DNA from: a virus
Lineage: Duplodnaviria; Caudoviricetes
IMG/VR virus record: IMGVR_UViG_3300042430_000603
Coordinates: 1-57,103 of that record
DNA: 57,103 nt
Strand: one strand, 5' to 3'
Of this stretch, positions 1-9,834 are shown piece by piece. Position 1 is the first letter of the stretch. Each line of letters starts with the position of its first letter. Under the pieces are notes generated by a model. That model was not told the origin of the DNA. It made no database searches and saw only the letters and a list, made by a program, of their open reading frames with translations. Both the position numbers and the translations under genes were made by a program.

Positions 1-354
1 GGATTAGGCTTCTATCAATACCTAGTAAATAAAGGTTCAATCGAGATCCAACCACTAGAAACTATTCGTGGTCGATCTTATGAAAACTCACTTGTCATTG
101 TAGACGAGTGTCAGAATTTAACATTTGAAGAGTTAAAGGCAATTACAACACGCCTTGGGGAGAACTCTAAAATGGTCCTCTGTGGCGATCCTGCCCAGAG
201 TGATATTAATAGTGGTAAGGACATACTTAAATTTGTCCACCTATGTAAAAAACATAACATTGACATTCCTATCATCGAGTTTGGTGTAGACGATATTGTT
301 CGTTCAGACATCGTTGCTAGAATTGTTAGGATGCTTATGGAGGAGAATCTTTAA
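1..354 (+). CDS. phoH: PhoH-family ATPase (5'-truncated by window edge)
   Basis: Frame +1 is open from base 1 and translates to ...IEIQPLETIRGRSYENSLVIVDECQNLT...TRLGENSKMVLCGDPAQSD, containing the PhoH motifs RGRS, DExQN, TRxG and GDxxQ. Confidence 0.92.
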   Translation, partial: GLGFYQYLVNKGSIEIQPLETIRGRSYENSLVIVDECQNLTFEELKAITTRLGENSKMVLCGDPAQSDINSGKDILKFVHLCKKHNIDIPIIEFGVDDIVRSDIVARIVRMLMEENL

Positions 355-1995
355 ATGGCAAACCTAACAACGACCCCATCAAAGGCTAAGACAAAAAGCC
401 TTGGGGACCCTAATGCTGCATACGAGTCTATGCGGCCACTCTGGGAAAGAGCTAGAGCTGTTCTAAATGGGCAGACGCATGCAAGAGCATACGATGATAC
501 AATTGACCCAGTAAATTTTAGTAACTTACTATTACCATTTTCTCCTACAATGAGTTCTCAACAGTACAATTTTTATCGTGCTGAAGGTGAGTTACCAGGA
601 CTAACAGCACAGTATGCTAAAGTACTTGTAGGTGGATTACTACGTAAACAAGCATCAATTGAATTACCAGACAACTTATTTCCTGAAGGAACTGAAGATT
701 GGATTCGTAATTCTTTTGGCTCTGATGGGACTTCACTACATGGATTCTTAGATGCTGCTATCTGGGAAGAACTACAGTCATCTAGAGCTTGGTGTTTAGT
801 AGACTATCCTACAGTTGCTAATCCAGACGCATTAACAATGGAAGAAGCTAAGGCTCTTTCACCTTATGTTATGCTCATCCAAGCAGAGAATATTATTAAC
901 TGGCGTAGAGGTCAAGACCGTAATACTAATAAACAAGTATTAACTAGCTTACTCTTCCGTTACTATATGGAAGACTATTCTAAAAATCAATTCCATCCAG
1001 ACTATGTAGATACAGTTACTCATTACTACCTAGATGAATCAGGATTGCTTGTTGTAGATACCTACACAAGAGATACTAACGAGTCTGTTAACGTTATCAA
1101 CGGTAATGTTACGTCTAAGTATCAAGTAGATAATGCTAATGCAGCATGGAACAAGACACGTACAGAAATACCTTTAATGAATAATGAGAGAATGAATTTC
1201 ATTCCAGCTTATCCATTAAATGGTCAGATTGATCCTGTAGAACCTATTCTACAATCTTTAATTGATCGTGAGATTGCTCTATACAATAAAATTAGCCGTC
1301 GTAACCATTTACTCTATGGTGCTGCAACATACACTCCAGTAGTTATGTCAGATATGACTGATGAAGAGTTTGAGAATATTGTTGATGCTGGTTTAGGTTC
1401 ATGGATTAAACTTCGTGCAGGAGATGATATCAAAGCACTAGATACACCTACAGGTGCTCTAAAAGATATGGAGGCAAGTATTGCCGCTACTATCGAAGAG
1501 ATGGCTCGTATGGGCATTCGTATGCTCTCCCCCGAAGGTTCTTCAGGTGAGTCAGGTGTAAGTTTAGAAATCCGTAATGCCGCCCAGACTGCTCAGTTAG
1601 GTATGCTTAATACTCGTATCTCAGAAACAATGAGACAGATTATTACAGTAATGCTTAAGTGGAAATATAATATTGAGGTTCTTCCAACAGATATTAAGTT
1701 TACATTAAGTGCTGACTTTAACCCTACACCAGTAGGCGCAGATTGGATGAGGCTAGTTACAGAATGGTATCAACAAGGTATTATTCCACGTTCTACCTTT
1801 ATCTCTATTGCTAAGTTCAATGATGTACTACCTTCAGAATATAATGATGAAGAGGGTGTAGCAGAAATCCAGAGTGATCCTCTTGTAGACACAAAAGCAA
1901 TGAGCATTGACTCATCTATCTCTAATACAGATAATATGCGGCCTGACAATAATAATAATAATAATAATGATGATCGGAATAATAATGGAGCCTAA
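355..1995 (+). CDS. Portal protein (DUF4055-like siphophage portal)
   Basis: 546 aa; first gene of the head module, upstream of MuF/scaffold/capsid; AENIINW motif; acidic low-complexity C-terminus. Confidence 0.8.
   Translation: MANLTTTPSKAKTKSLGDPNAAYESMRPLWERARAVLNGQTHARAYDDTIDPVNFSNLLLPFSPTMSSQQYNFYRAEGELPGLTAQYAKVLVGGLLRKQASIELPDNLFPEGTEDWIRNSFGSDGTSLHGFLDAAIWEELQSSRAWCLVDYPTVANPDALTMEEAKALSPYVMLIQAENIINWRRGQDRNTNKQVLTSLLFRYYMEDYSKNQFHPDYVDTVTHYYLDESGLLVVDTYTRDTNESVNVINGNVTSKYQVDNANAAWNKTRTEIPLMNNERMNFIPAYPLNGQIDPVEPILQSLIDREIALYNKISRRNHLLYGAATYTPVVMSDMTDEEFENIVDAGLGSWIKLRAGDDIKALDTPTGALKDMEASIAATIEEMARMGIRMLSPEGSSGESGVSLEIRNAAQTAQLGMLNTRISETMRQIITVMLKWKYNIEVLPTDIKFTLSADFNPTPVGADWMRLVTEWYQQGIIPRSTFISIAKFNDVLPSEYNDEEGVAEIQSDPLVDTKAMSIDSSISNTDNMRPDNNNNNNNDDRNNNGA
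1948..1968 (+). repeat. (AAT)7 microsatellite encoding poly-Asn in the portal C-terminus
   Basis: Seven tandem AAT units read directly; gives PDNNNNNNNDD. Confidence 0.9.
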
Positions 1996-2200
1996 AATAA
2001 TTAAACGTGTAGCACCACAACAGGATAATACTGATCTAATAGATAAGTGTACTGAAATACTAGCTAAAACAGAGTGGATAGCATCGAGTGATTTAAGTGG
2101 AGTTACTAGAAACCAGTGGGCAGAGTATAGGTCTGCTATTACTGAGCTTATGAACAATCCTCCTGAAGGTGAAGTAGTATTTCCTAATAAACCTGAATAA
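1985..2200 (+). CDS. Small protein with a tail-fibre-assembly-chaperone-like motif
   Basis: ATG at 1985 overlaps the portal 3' end; TEW...WAEYRSAI...FPNKP resembles CDW...WAAYRSALR...WPVRP in the 41127 ORF. Confidence 0.6.
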   Translation: MEPKIIKRVAPQQDNTDLIDKCTEILAKTEWIASSDLSGVTRNQWAEYRSAITELMNNPPEGEVVFPNKPE

Positions 2201-2266
2201 ATATAAACAATAGTTACTATCAAGGACATCCACGATGTAGTTGTTATGTGACATTAAGGAGTTTAA

Positions 2267-5200
2267 ATGCCAACACCAATTAATACAGATCTCTATGATC
2301 GTATTATTCAGCACTTAGCTGATACAAGGTTATATGAGGCAGAGACATCTACAAATGTTTCAAGAGGTATCCGTAGACATCAAAAGAGACTTAGAGACTT
2401 ATTAAAAAATAATATCAAATCTGATGTTAAACCAGAAGTTACAAGAGCCACTAAAGAACTTCACATGATTGTGAATAATTCTGTTACTGATTATGCGGAT
2501 GCTGCTGTTAATTTTCATTCTAATAACTTAGATAAAAGTGCAGGTAAATTTTTTAGAGTTCAAAGACCTAGGGCTAGTGATGCTATTCCTAAACTAATTG
2601 GGCCTAATGTTACTGCATCTAAAACTTTAAGAGAACATTTTGATTCTATTGGTACTGCTGAACTAGCAAGGATAGATGGTAAAATCAAGGGTGGTTTAGC
2701 AGATGGTAAACCTATTAAAGAGATTATTAATGAAGTTATTAAAACTACTACACTAAGCGAAGTACAAGCTAAATCTCTTGTTAGAACTGCTATTACTAAC
2801 ACTCAATCTACTGCAATGAATCTTGTAATGAGTCGTAATGAAGAATTATTGATTGGTTATCGGTTTACTGCTGTACTAGATAATAGAACATCAGCAATTT
2901 GTGCTCACCATGATGGCGAAGTATATAAAATAAATGACATAAGATTTCGTCCACCATTACATTGGAATTGTCGTAGTTCAATGATCCCTATCTTAAAAAG
3001 TAAAGATCAATTACTAAGGTCTCTTGATGAAACTGCTGATACTAGACTTAAAGCTAATAAGCTAAAAGAAACTAATCCAGTTGAACTTAATGGTGCTCCT
3101 CCTCCTGTTGAAACATACAGTATTTGGCTTAAACGTCAACCTATGAATGTTCAAGTTAAACATTTAGGTAGCGAGGAAAAAGCAGGACTACTACAAAAAG
3201 GTGCATTAGATGTTAAGGCATTTACTACAACTAAAGGTAATCAACTAAGCATTGCTGCTTTAAGAAAATTAGATAATGCTCGTACACTATGGTTTCCAAC
3301 AAGGCAAACAGCTGTTAGCAAAGCAGAAGAAAATATATTTGAGCTTAATATATCTAGACCTAATGAATTGTTAAAGAATACAGAAGCACAGAGACAACTC
3401 AGAGAGATGTATATTGCTGATTCAGATAATCTAGCACAAGCTATATCCTTAACTGATTATAGAGGTACTACATTAGCAGGTAAGCGATCTGTCAGGATTC
3501 GGTCTAACAACGAGTTTGATGAACGTAATAATAGCTTTGATCCATTTACTGGTGAACAAAGTTCTACCTTGCTATATGATCCTGATTTTCTTACTTTACA
3601 AGAAAGACTTGACTTCGTTAGAAATTCTAAAGTTTTATCTCAAGATCAAAAAGTATGGATTAGGGATTTTGTAGAAACACTTGATGACTCTGTTTCTGTT
3701 AATCAGCAAACTGCTGTTACTGAGAATCTACGTGTTGTATTTGAACGATACAATAATGATAAACAACCTTGGGTTAATTTCATGAACGTTGTTCGTGGAG
3801 AGATGCAATACTCTGTAGTAAATACAAGTCGTATTTTAGATAGACGCTCTCGTGCTAGATCCTCTCAGTTTGATTCTTATGGAGTTGCAGGAGAACCAGC
3901 TAAAGTACAGATATTTGGAAAGTACTATACCTTTGATGACATCATAAACAACACATTAGATAATCAACGGTATAAGGATGCTTGGGCTGAAAGGCATGGT
4001 AGACCCTTAGCTCGTAAATTATTATACACTGGTAGAACACCATTGTATACTTGGTTTAGAGGTCCATTAACAAGAGACTCTAAATCATTTAGTAAGAAAT
4101 TAGAGACCTTTGTTAGAGAAGAAATTCCTGGTGGGGCATTATGGTTAGACCGTAATAAGCCTAAAGAAGGTCTTATAACAAAATATATTAGAGAAAAGAA
4201 AGAAGCTTGGAGAAGAATATTAGATCTCGAATTCTTGTATCGTGGTAATAAACAAAGTTATCTACAACAATATATTGAAGATAAAACAAACGATAAATTT
4301 ATTGTTGATTCTTTATCACGAGTTATGTCAGTTGTTGCTGATGGTAAATCTACTGACTATGATACACTTGCTATCAATATTGGTAAAGAATTAAGAGCTA
4401 ACTGGAAATTACCTAACTTCCCATTTTTTAAACCTACGCTAAAAGATTATCATGAAGACGGTTCTGAAATACTTACTGCATTAAAAGACTCTGGGTATAT
4501 CCGAGTTGTTAAACGTGGAAAGACTAGGCGCTCAGTAGTAGACTTAGAGACAGGTCGTGCCAGTGGTCCTTGGAGAGATACTGTTAGTCGTGAGGTGCAA
4601 ATCTTAGATAAAGATATGCTAGATTTACAAAGAATTAATCGAGCATTAATTGTAAGCCAACGAATTGGTATTATTAATGATAGAGATAAGATTTATGTTA
4701 GGCCAGGTGAGAAAACTTATTTTGATGCGAGAGGTAAAAATACAGGTATTACTGTTATTACCCGTAGAGCTAATGCTAACTATGATAAGTTATTAATTGA
4801 TAAAGATTTTGCTGATATGCTTAATCATACTATGTCATTTAAATATGAAGTTGATAATGAGTATGCTGGATTTATGGAAGATGTTGTACGCTTTAGAGAT
4901 CCTCGTGGTAACGTAAAGAAGTATGATGACTTAAATGATTTTAGAAAACTTATTTTAACTCGTGGTGATCAAGGCTATAGCTTTATGCAAACTGTAAAGT
5001 TTCATAGAGATACTGGAAAACCATTTAGCGTAGTTGCTAATATTGATGGTCGTGGACGTGTTTATTATCAAGGGTTTCTTACTCCTACTGGAGGTGAAGT
5101 TGTTCGTCCATTCTTAAACACTGCTAAGGCAGAAGCTGTTACACCTGAAATTGTTCAGGAGCTAATGATTCAAACTGGTTCTATGATAGGTCCAGCTACA

Positions 5201-6688
5201 GAGGCATTAACACAAGCAGGTAGAATGGAAATCTTTATGAGAAATCAAAAAGATATTTTAAGTCTTGGTAGGCTTATGAGAGAAACAACTCAACGTGATA
5301 GACGTATTCGAGAGTTCTTAGATCACCCTATTATTCGTTCTCAGGAAGCTGAAGAAATCCCAAAGATATCTAGGCTGGCTATTGAATATGCTAGAATATA
5401 TGATCATGTAAATGGTGACTTTACTGATTTAAAAAAGCTATCAACTTATAAAACAAAATTAATGATTGAGAATGATGCCTCATCCTCTGGTGCTCAAATC
5501 ATCGGATTGAGTACAGGCGATAGAGATATTTCAATTAACTCAAATGTGTTACCTACACTTCAAAAGAATCGTTTGTATGACTTAGTAGCAATGGATACAG
5601 TGTCTGATCCAGAGTTTCAAAAGATACAAGGATTAAGAGATGCTAATGTTCAATGGACTGATCTCCAAAAAGCCGCTAAGGCTCAGAACATGGTTTCTTT
5701 CTATGGCGCTGGTAAGGCAACACAGGCGGCTAATATTGAGGCTAAATTTGCTTCAGTATTAGAAACAAAAGGATATACTGTTGTTACCCGTGAAGAACTT
5801 CGTGGTGTAACTAATATTATAGATGCAAAGATCAAAGAAGCAGATAGGCTAGGTGCTGATAATGTTGTATTTGGTCTTAAACAATTAAAACGTGAGTTGA
5901 ATGAGGTTGTTGAAGGTGAAACCCCTGTGGGGCAGGAACTTTTATCACATGCTCGTGATTCTCACCCAGACGTAGAAGCGTTTGTCGATAAGTTAATGAA
6001 TGCTCGTAAAGGACTAATTGGTCCTCAAGACTTCAAATCTGTCTCTGAGATCATGTCTCGGAGATTAGCTGAGAGAGCACCAGTAACTCAAAAATTCGTA
6101 CAATTCTGGAAAGAGGCTGCTAAAGCTTACGTTGATGAAACTCAGAAGGTCGATGTACCTTGGGTAACATTTGATGGTAAGACTTTATACCAGAGATACA
6201 GACCTAAAATCCAAACTAGCATTGAGTTCTATGACAAAGAGGCTAATAGGATGGTCCGTAATATTTACGAAGATCGAGCAGAAGATGCTTCACTTCTAGG
6301 AAAATCAAGTTTAATGAGAGCAGGTATTGGTATGGGTGTTAATGGCAACCATATGAATGATGCCGCTATTGTAAGAAGATATCATTTATGGGGTCGTAAA
6401 AACGGTGTTGAAACCGCTACGATTCATGATGCTTTCTTCACAAACATCGGACAAGCAGCTAAGTCAAAGGTAGCTCTTAGAGAAATCTATGCAGATGCCT
6501 TAGAAGGTGATACAATAGAGAAAACTTTACTTGCTCTTAGAGAAGAAGGGTTGTCAAGAGCAACCTATAACTCTTTAAGACAAAAGGCTATTCAGGATGG
6601 CTTAATAAATCCTCGAAACAAGATTACGAGAAAAGATATACTGGCTCCTATACCTAAAGGTATGGATTGGTATGGTATTGGACCGTAA
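2267..6688 (+). CDS. MuF (SPP1 gp7 / Mu gpF) head morphogenesis domain fused to a T7-family single-subunit RNA polymerase; putative virion RNAP
   Basis: N-term MuF motifs LVRTA, AVLDNRTSAIC and PPLHWNCRS (aa ~170-237). C-term RNAP motifs DGRGRVYY (aa 927), motif A DASSSGAQ (D1070), motif B KAQNMVSFYG (K1138-Y1146), HMNDA and motif C IHDAF (D1388). AAGGAG RBS; one uninterrupted frame. Confidence 0.88.
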   Translation: MPTPINTDLYDRIIQHLADTRLYEAETSTNVSRGIRRHQKRLRDLLKNNIKSDVKPEVTRATKELHMIVNNSVTDYADAAVNFHSNNLDKSAGKFFRVQRPRASDAIPKLIGPNVTASKTLREHFDSIGTAELARIDGKIKGGLADGKPIKEIINEVIKTTTLSEVQAKSLVRTAITNTQSTAMNLVMSRNEELLIGYRFTAVLDNRTSAICAHHDGEVYKINDIRFRPPLHWNCRSSMIPILKSKDQLLRSLDETADTRLKANKLKETNPVELNGAPPPVETYSIWLKRQPMNVQVKHLGSEEKAGLLQKGALDVKAFTTTKGNQLSIAALRKLDNARTLWFPTRQTAVSKAEENIFELNISRPNELLKNTEAQRQLREMYIADSDNLAQAISLTDYRGTTLAGKRSVRIRSNNEFDERNNSFDPFTGEQSSTLLYDPDFLTLQERLDFVRNSKVLSQDQKVWIRDFVETLDDSVSVNQQTAVTENLRVVFERYNNDKQPWVNFMNVVRGEMQYSVVNTSRILDRRSRARSSQFDSYGVAGEPAKVQIFGKYYTFDDIINNTLDNQRYKDAWAERHGRPLARKLLYTGRTPLYTWFRGPLTRDSKSFSKKLETFVREEIPGGALWLDRNKPKEGLITKYIREKKEAWRRILDLEFLYRGNKQSYLQQYIEDKTNDKFIVDSLSRVMSVVADGKSTDYDTLAINIGKELRANWKLPNFPFFKPTLKDYHEDGSEILTALKDSGYIRVVKRGKTRRSVVDLETGRASGPWRDTVSREVQILDKDMLDLQRINRALIVSQRIGIINDRDKIYVRPGEKTYFDARGKNTGITVITRRANANYDKLLIDKDFADMLNHTMSFKYEVDNEYAGFMEDVVRFRDPRGNVKKYDDLNDFRKLILTRGDQGYSFMQTVKFHRDTGKPFSVVANIDGRGRVYYQGFLTPTGGEVVRPFLNTAKAEAVTPEIVQELMIQTGSMIGPATEALTQAGRMEIFMRNQKDILSLGRLMRETTQRDRRIREFLDHPIIRSQEAEEIPKISRLAIEYARIYDHVNGDFTDLKKLSTYKTKLMIENDASSSGAQIIGLSTGDRDISINSNVLPTLQKNRLYDLVAMDTVSDPEFQKIQGLRDANVQWTDLQKAAKAQNMVSFYGAGKATQAANIEAKFASVLETKGYTVVTREELRGVTNIIDAKIKEADRLGADNVVFGLKQLKRELNEVVEGETPVGQELLSHARDSHPDVEAFVDKLMNARKGLIGPQDFKSVSEIMSRRLAERAPVTQKFVQFWKEAAKAYVDETQKVDVPWVTFDGKTLYQRYRPKIQTSIEFYDKEANRMVRNIYEDRAEDASLLGKSSLMRAGIGMGVNGNHMNDAAIVRRYHLWGRKNGVETATIHDAFFTNIGQAAKSKVALREIYADALEGDTIEKTLLALREEGLSRATYNSLRQKAIQDGLINPRNKITRKDILAPIPKGMDWYGIGP

Positions 6689-6754
6689 GAGTTTATGTTT
6701 GTAACTAAACCCTAAAAAATTAAAATTAAATGGCTGTGCCAAAGGAAAATAAAG

Positions 6755-7450
6755 ATGAAAGTAGATAAGTTCGGAAACAAAGAGTTCCTCGATGATAGCA
6801 ACACACCTAACCCAGAGTTTAAAATCGATGAGGTTGATACTGGTGGTGGAGGTGCTAACAATAAAGATACAGAAGACTTAATCAATCGAATGGTTGAAGA
6901 GCGTCTTTCTAAAATCAAACTAAGTTTAGATAAAGCTTACCAAGAACGTGACAATGCTGTTAAAGAGCGTGTTCGTCTTGAAGATGATGCTAAACAACGT
7001 AAGATGAAAGCTTTAGAGGATGAAGGTAAGCATAAAGAAGTTGCTGAGATGAAGCTCGCAGAACTCACTGAAAAGCTTGCGTTAGCCGAAGGTAAAGTAA
7101 CTGAACTCACCCGAGATGGTGCAGTTCGTAATGCATTAACTGGTCTTGATTTCCGTAATGACCGATCTGGCCAAATGGCTTATCGGGATATTATCGATCA
7201 ACTCATCCAAGATCCAGAGACTGGTGCATGGATTCACAAATCTGGTGTATCAATCAAGGATTTTGTAGGACAATATGTAAAGAATGAAGATAATTCTTTC
7301 CTATTTAAACCTAAATCTAATTCAGGGGGTGGTAGTAGCAATATGAACGGTACTCCCAAACTCGATCCCAATAAGAAGATATCTGAAATGACTACTGAGG
7401 AAGTGTTAGCACTTGCCGCAGGTGGAAAATTAGGTAGCTTCACCCTTTAA
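6755..7450 (+). CDS. Capsid scaffolding protein
   Basis: 231 aa, charged coiled-coil middle, FLFKPK...GGGS C-terminal motif, directly upstream of the capsid gene. Confidence 0.75.
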   Translation: MKVDKFGNKEFLDDSNTPNPEFKIDEVDTGGGGANNKDTEDLINRMVEERLSKIKLSLDKAYQERDNAVKERVRLEDDAKQRKMKALEDEGKHKEVAEMKLAELTEKLALAEGKVTELTRDGAVRNALTGLDFRNDRSGQMAYRDIIDQLIQDPETGAWIHKSGVSIKDFVGQYVKNEDNSFLFKPKSNSGGGSSNMNGTPKLDPNKKISEMTTEEVLALAAGGKLGSFTL

Positions 7451-7470
7451 AATCACAGGAGATTTTTTAA

Positions 7471-8565
7471 ATGATTAATCATACAATGTTCCAAAACGTA
7501 GCTATTGCTATTTCTGCATATGCTGATGAAATGTACTCAAATGCCAAAAAGCTTAACAGCACTGGCATCGTTGGTACTGATGCCCGTATTGACCCAACAG
7601 GCGAAAGCTTTATTGGTCAAATGCGCTGGTACAAACCCCTAGCTGCCAACATTAACGTTGCTAGCTTATCCTCTGCCAATGCTGGTACTTACACTGATGT
7701 TTCTACAGAAATCGCTGACTACATCAAAACAGTACGTACATTTGGTTCTGAGCAAATCAACCTACAACAAATCGTTTCTCAACAAGACGGTCTTTCTAAA
7801 ATTGCTCGTGACTTCTCTGAAGTTCGTAGCCAAGACGAGTCTGACGCTATTGTTGCTACCCTCAAAGGCGTAGCCGCTTACGAAGTTTCTCGTGGTGCTG
7901 GTTTAGTCGGTTATGACACAGATGGCGATGGTGCTACTACTGGTAACTTCGTTGATATCAATGCTGCTGGTGTATTCGGTGCTGCCGCTGCTACCTCTGC
8001 TTCTGATCAGCGTAAGCTATTTGATGCTACAGCTATCGGTGCTGCTCGTGGTCAACGTCTATTCCAAGCTCTTGGCATGGCATTCAAAGACTATGAGCCA
8101 GACTTCATGTACATGGTTACTTCACCTGAAGTACTAGCTGAACTACGTGCTGCTAACTTAGTAGACGTAACTACAGTTACTGATGGTAACCTAACATTCC
8201 AAACAGTGTTCGGTGGTAAGTTCCGTCTATTACTCAGCCGTGTTGCTCAAGGTGACTTGTCTGCTTCTGCTAACGTAAATGATCGTTCTACAAAGACTAC
8301 ATTCATTTGCAAGCCAGGTGCTATCAGCTTTACAAACATTGCTGTTCCTACACCTGTTGAAGTTGATCGTAGTGCAGCTGCCTATACTGGCGGTGGTTCT
8401 ACTGCTATCTGGTATCGTTATGGCTTCGTAGTTCATCCAATGGGCTATGACTGGGCTGGCGCTACTAACGCTTTCGCTACTAACTCTGCTTATGGTACTG
8501 CTGGTTCATGGGCACGTAAAATGAATGCATTGAACTTAGGTATTCTACCTATTCTCCACGCTTAA
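7471..8565 (+). CDS. Major capsid protein
   Basis: 364 aa after the scaffold; strong AGGAGA RBS; strongly biased codons (all 16 Arg are CGY, no ATA Ile); VEVDR...GGG...RYGFVVHPMGYDW C-terminal motif. Confidence 0.85.
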   Translation: MINHTMFQNVAIAISAYADEMYSNAKKLNSTGIVGTDARIDPTGESFIGQMRWYKPLAANINVASLSSANAGTYTDVSTEIADYIKTVRTFGSEQINLQQIVSQQDGLSKIARDFSEVRSQDESDAIVATLKGVAAYEVSRGAGLVGYDTDGDGATTGNFVDINAAGVFGAAAATSASDQRKLFDATAIGAARGQRLFQALGMAFKDYEPDFMYMVTSPEVLAELRAANLVDVTTVTDGNLTFQTVFGGKFRLLLSRVAQGDLSASANVNDRSTKTTFICKPGAISFTNIAVPTPVEVDRSAAAYTGGGSTAIWYRYGFVVHPMGYDWAGATNAFATNSAYGTAGSWARKMNALNLGILPILHA

Positions 8566-8582
8566 TCCATTAGGAGGAACTG

Positions 8583-9080
8583 ATGGCACTAGTCCTAGGT
8601 ACAAACACATATGTAACTATGGTCGAAGCTGATGCATATTTCGATACTCGCATTGATGCGGGTGCTTGGATAAATGCTCAGGATGATGATCAGGAGTCAG
8701 CATTAGTGACCGCAACTCTTATACTTGATGAAAATCAATTTATTGGTGTTGCTGTCAGTTCCACACAGAGTCTTGCATGGCCTCGTAAGGGGGCTTATAT
8801 TTTTGATCCTAGATTAGGACAAGAGGTTAACTTTAGTGTAACTGAAATTCCAAAAAGAATGAAACAAGCTGTTTTAGAAATGGCTTATCATTTATTATCT
8901 AACGAAAATTTGTTAGATAACAAAACACAAAACTTTGAAGAAATTTCAATTGGTACTATTACATTGAAAGATAGTAATAATGATACGACTAGGACTCCAG
9001 TAGTTCCTAATCTTGTTAGAAAATACCTAAAACCACTTTTAGTAAACCAAGGTTCTACTCAATGGTGGAGGGCAAATTAA
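8583..9080 (+). CDS. Head-tail adaptor (DnaT-like/gp6-type)
   Basis: NTYVTMVEADAYF...QSLAWPR...IP motifs; position after the capsid gene. Confidence 0.8.
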   Translation: MALVLGTNTYVTMVEADAYFDTRIDAGAWINAQDDDQESALVTATLILDENQFIGVAVSSTQSLAWPRKGAYIFDPRLGQEVNFSVTEIPKRMKQAVLEMAYHLLSNENLLDNKTQNFEEISIGTITLKDSNNDTTRTPVVPNLVRKYLKPLLVNQGSTQWWRAN

Positions 9081-9425
9081 ATGTCCCTTAAATCAAAAGT
9101 ACAACAATCCGTGGATACTGCCTTTGAGAAATTAAAGGATCTTTCGGTAACAGCTACTTTTGACAATAAGATCGTCAGTGGATTTAATTTTACCACTGGT
9201 TCGATTGTAAAAACGGATCAGACATATACAGCTCAAGGCTTTCTAGGAACTAGTAAATCTTTTGAGTCTGGTATTCCTGTGACTACAACTTCACTCACAA
9301 TTAAAAGTAATCCTACAATTAACTTCGATAGCTATTCTCGGGTAACCGTTAGTAGTGTAGAATATGGTTGTAATGTTATTTCAAAAGATGATTTCGTTGT
9401 TGTACTCTCATTAGCAGGAGTATGA
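9081..9425 (+). CDS. Probable head closure/stopper protein
   Basis: 114-aa beta-rich ORF between adaptor and tail terminator; call from synteny only. Confidence 0.5.
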   Translation: MSLKSKVQQSVDTAFEKLKDLSVTATFDNKIVSGFNFTTGSIVKTDQTYTAQGFLGTSKSFESGIPVTTTSLTIKSNPTINFDSYSRVTVSSVEYGCNVISKDDFVVVLSLAGV

Positions 9426-9829
9426 GTATGTATAGTAAACTAAAGTCAGACATATATGGTTTATTCGCTTCAAGCGCATGGACAACAACTGGATACAAAG
9501 CGTATCCTGCCAACTACAGTGGAATAATAGACACTACTACTTCTTTTATTAGAATTAGTATTCTACCAGGAAGTGGTACAGTTGATGCTCATGGGTTTAA
9601 GAAAAAATTCTCAGGTATGTTAATACTATCGATCTTTGTCAAGGCAGGTAATGGTGATGCAGAATTGTTCACTATTGCTGATACTATAGATTCATTATTT
9701 CAAGGTAAGACTTTGACAAATGGAACCCAATTTGGCGCAAGCACAGTAATGCAGCTTGGCCTTGATCCCGCAGATAAATCCCTTTATCGTGGTGATTATT
9801 CAATAAATTTTAAAGCTTATGGAGATTAA
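9422..9829 (+). CDS. Probable tail terminator/completion protein
   Basis: 135 aa, G.LILSIFVKAG.G...IAD.I.SLF pattern, immediately before the tail tube gene. Confidence 0.6.
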   Translation: MSMYSKLKSDIYGLFASSAWTTTGYKAYPANYSGIIDTTTSFIRISILPGSGTVDAHGFKKKFSGMLILSIFVKAGNGDAELFTIADTIDSLFQGKTLTNGTQFGASTVMQLGLDPADKSLYRGDYSINFKAYGD

Positions 9830-9834
9830 AACAC

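Noticed and set aside
1907-1984. N-terminal poly-Ile extension of ORF 1907..2200 that looks like a transmembrane helix
   Set aside because: It is the (AAT)n poly-Asn tract of the portal gene read in another frame; ATG 1985 is the more plausible start.
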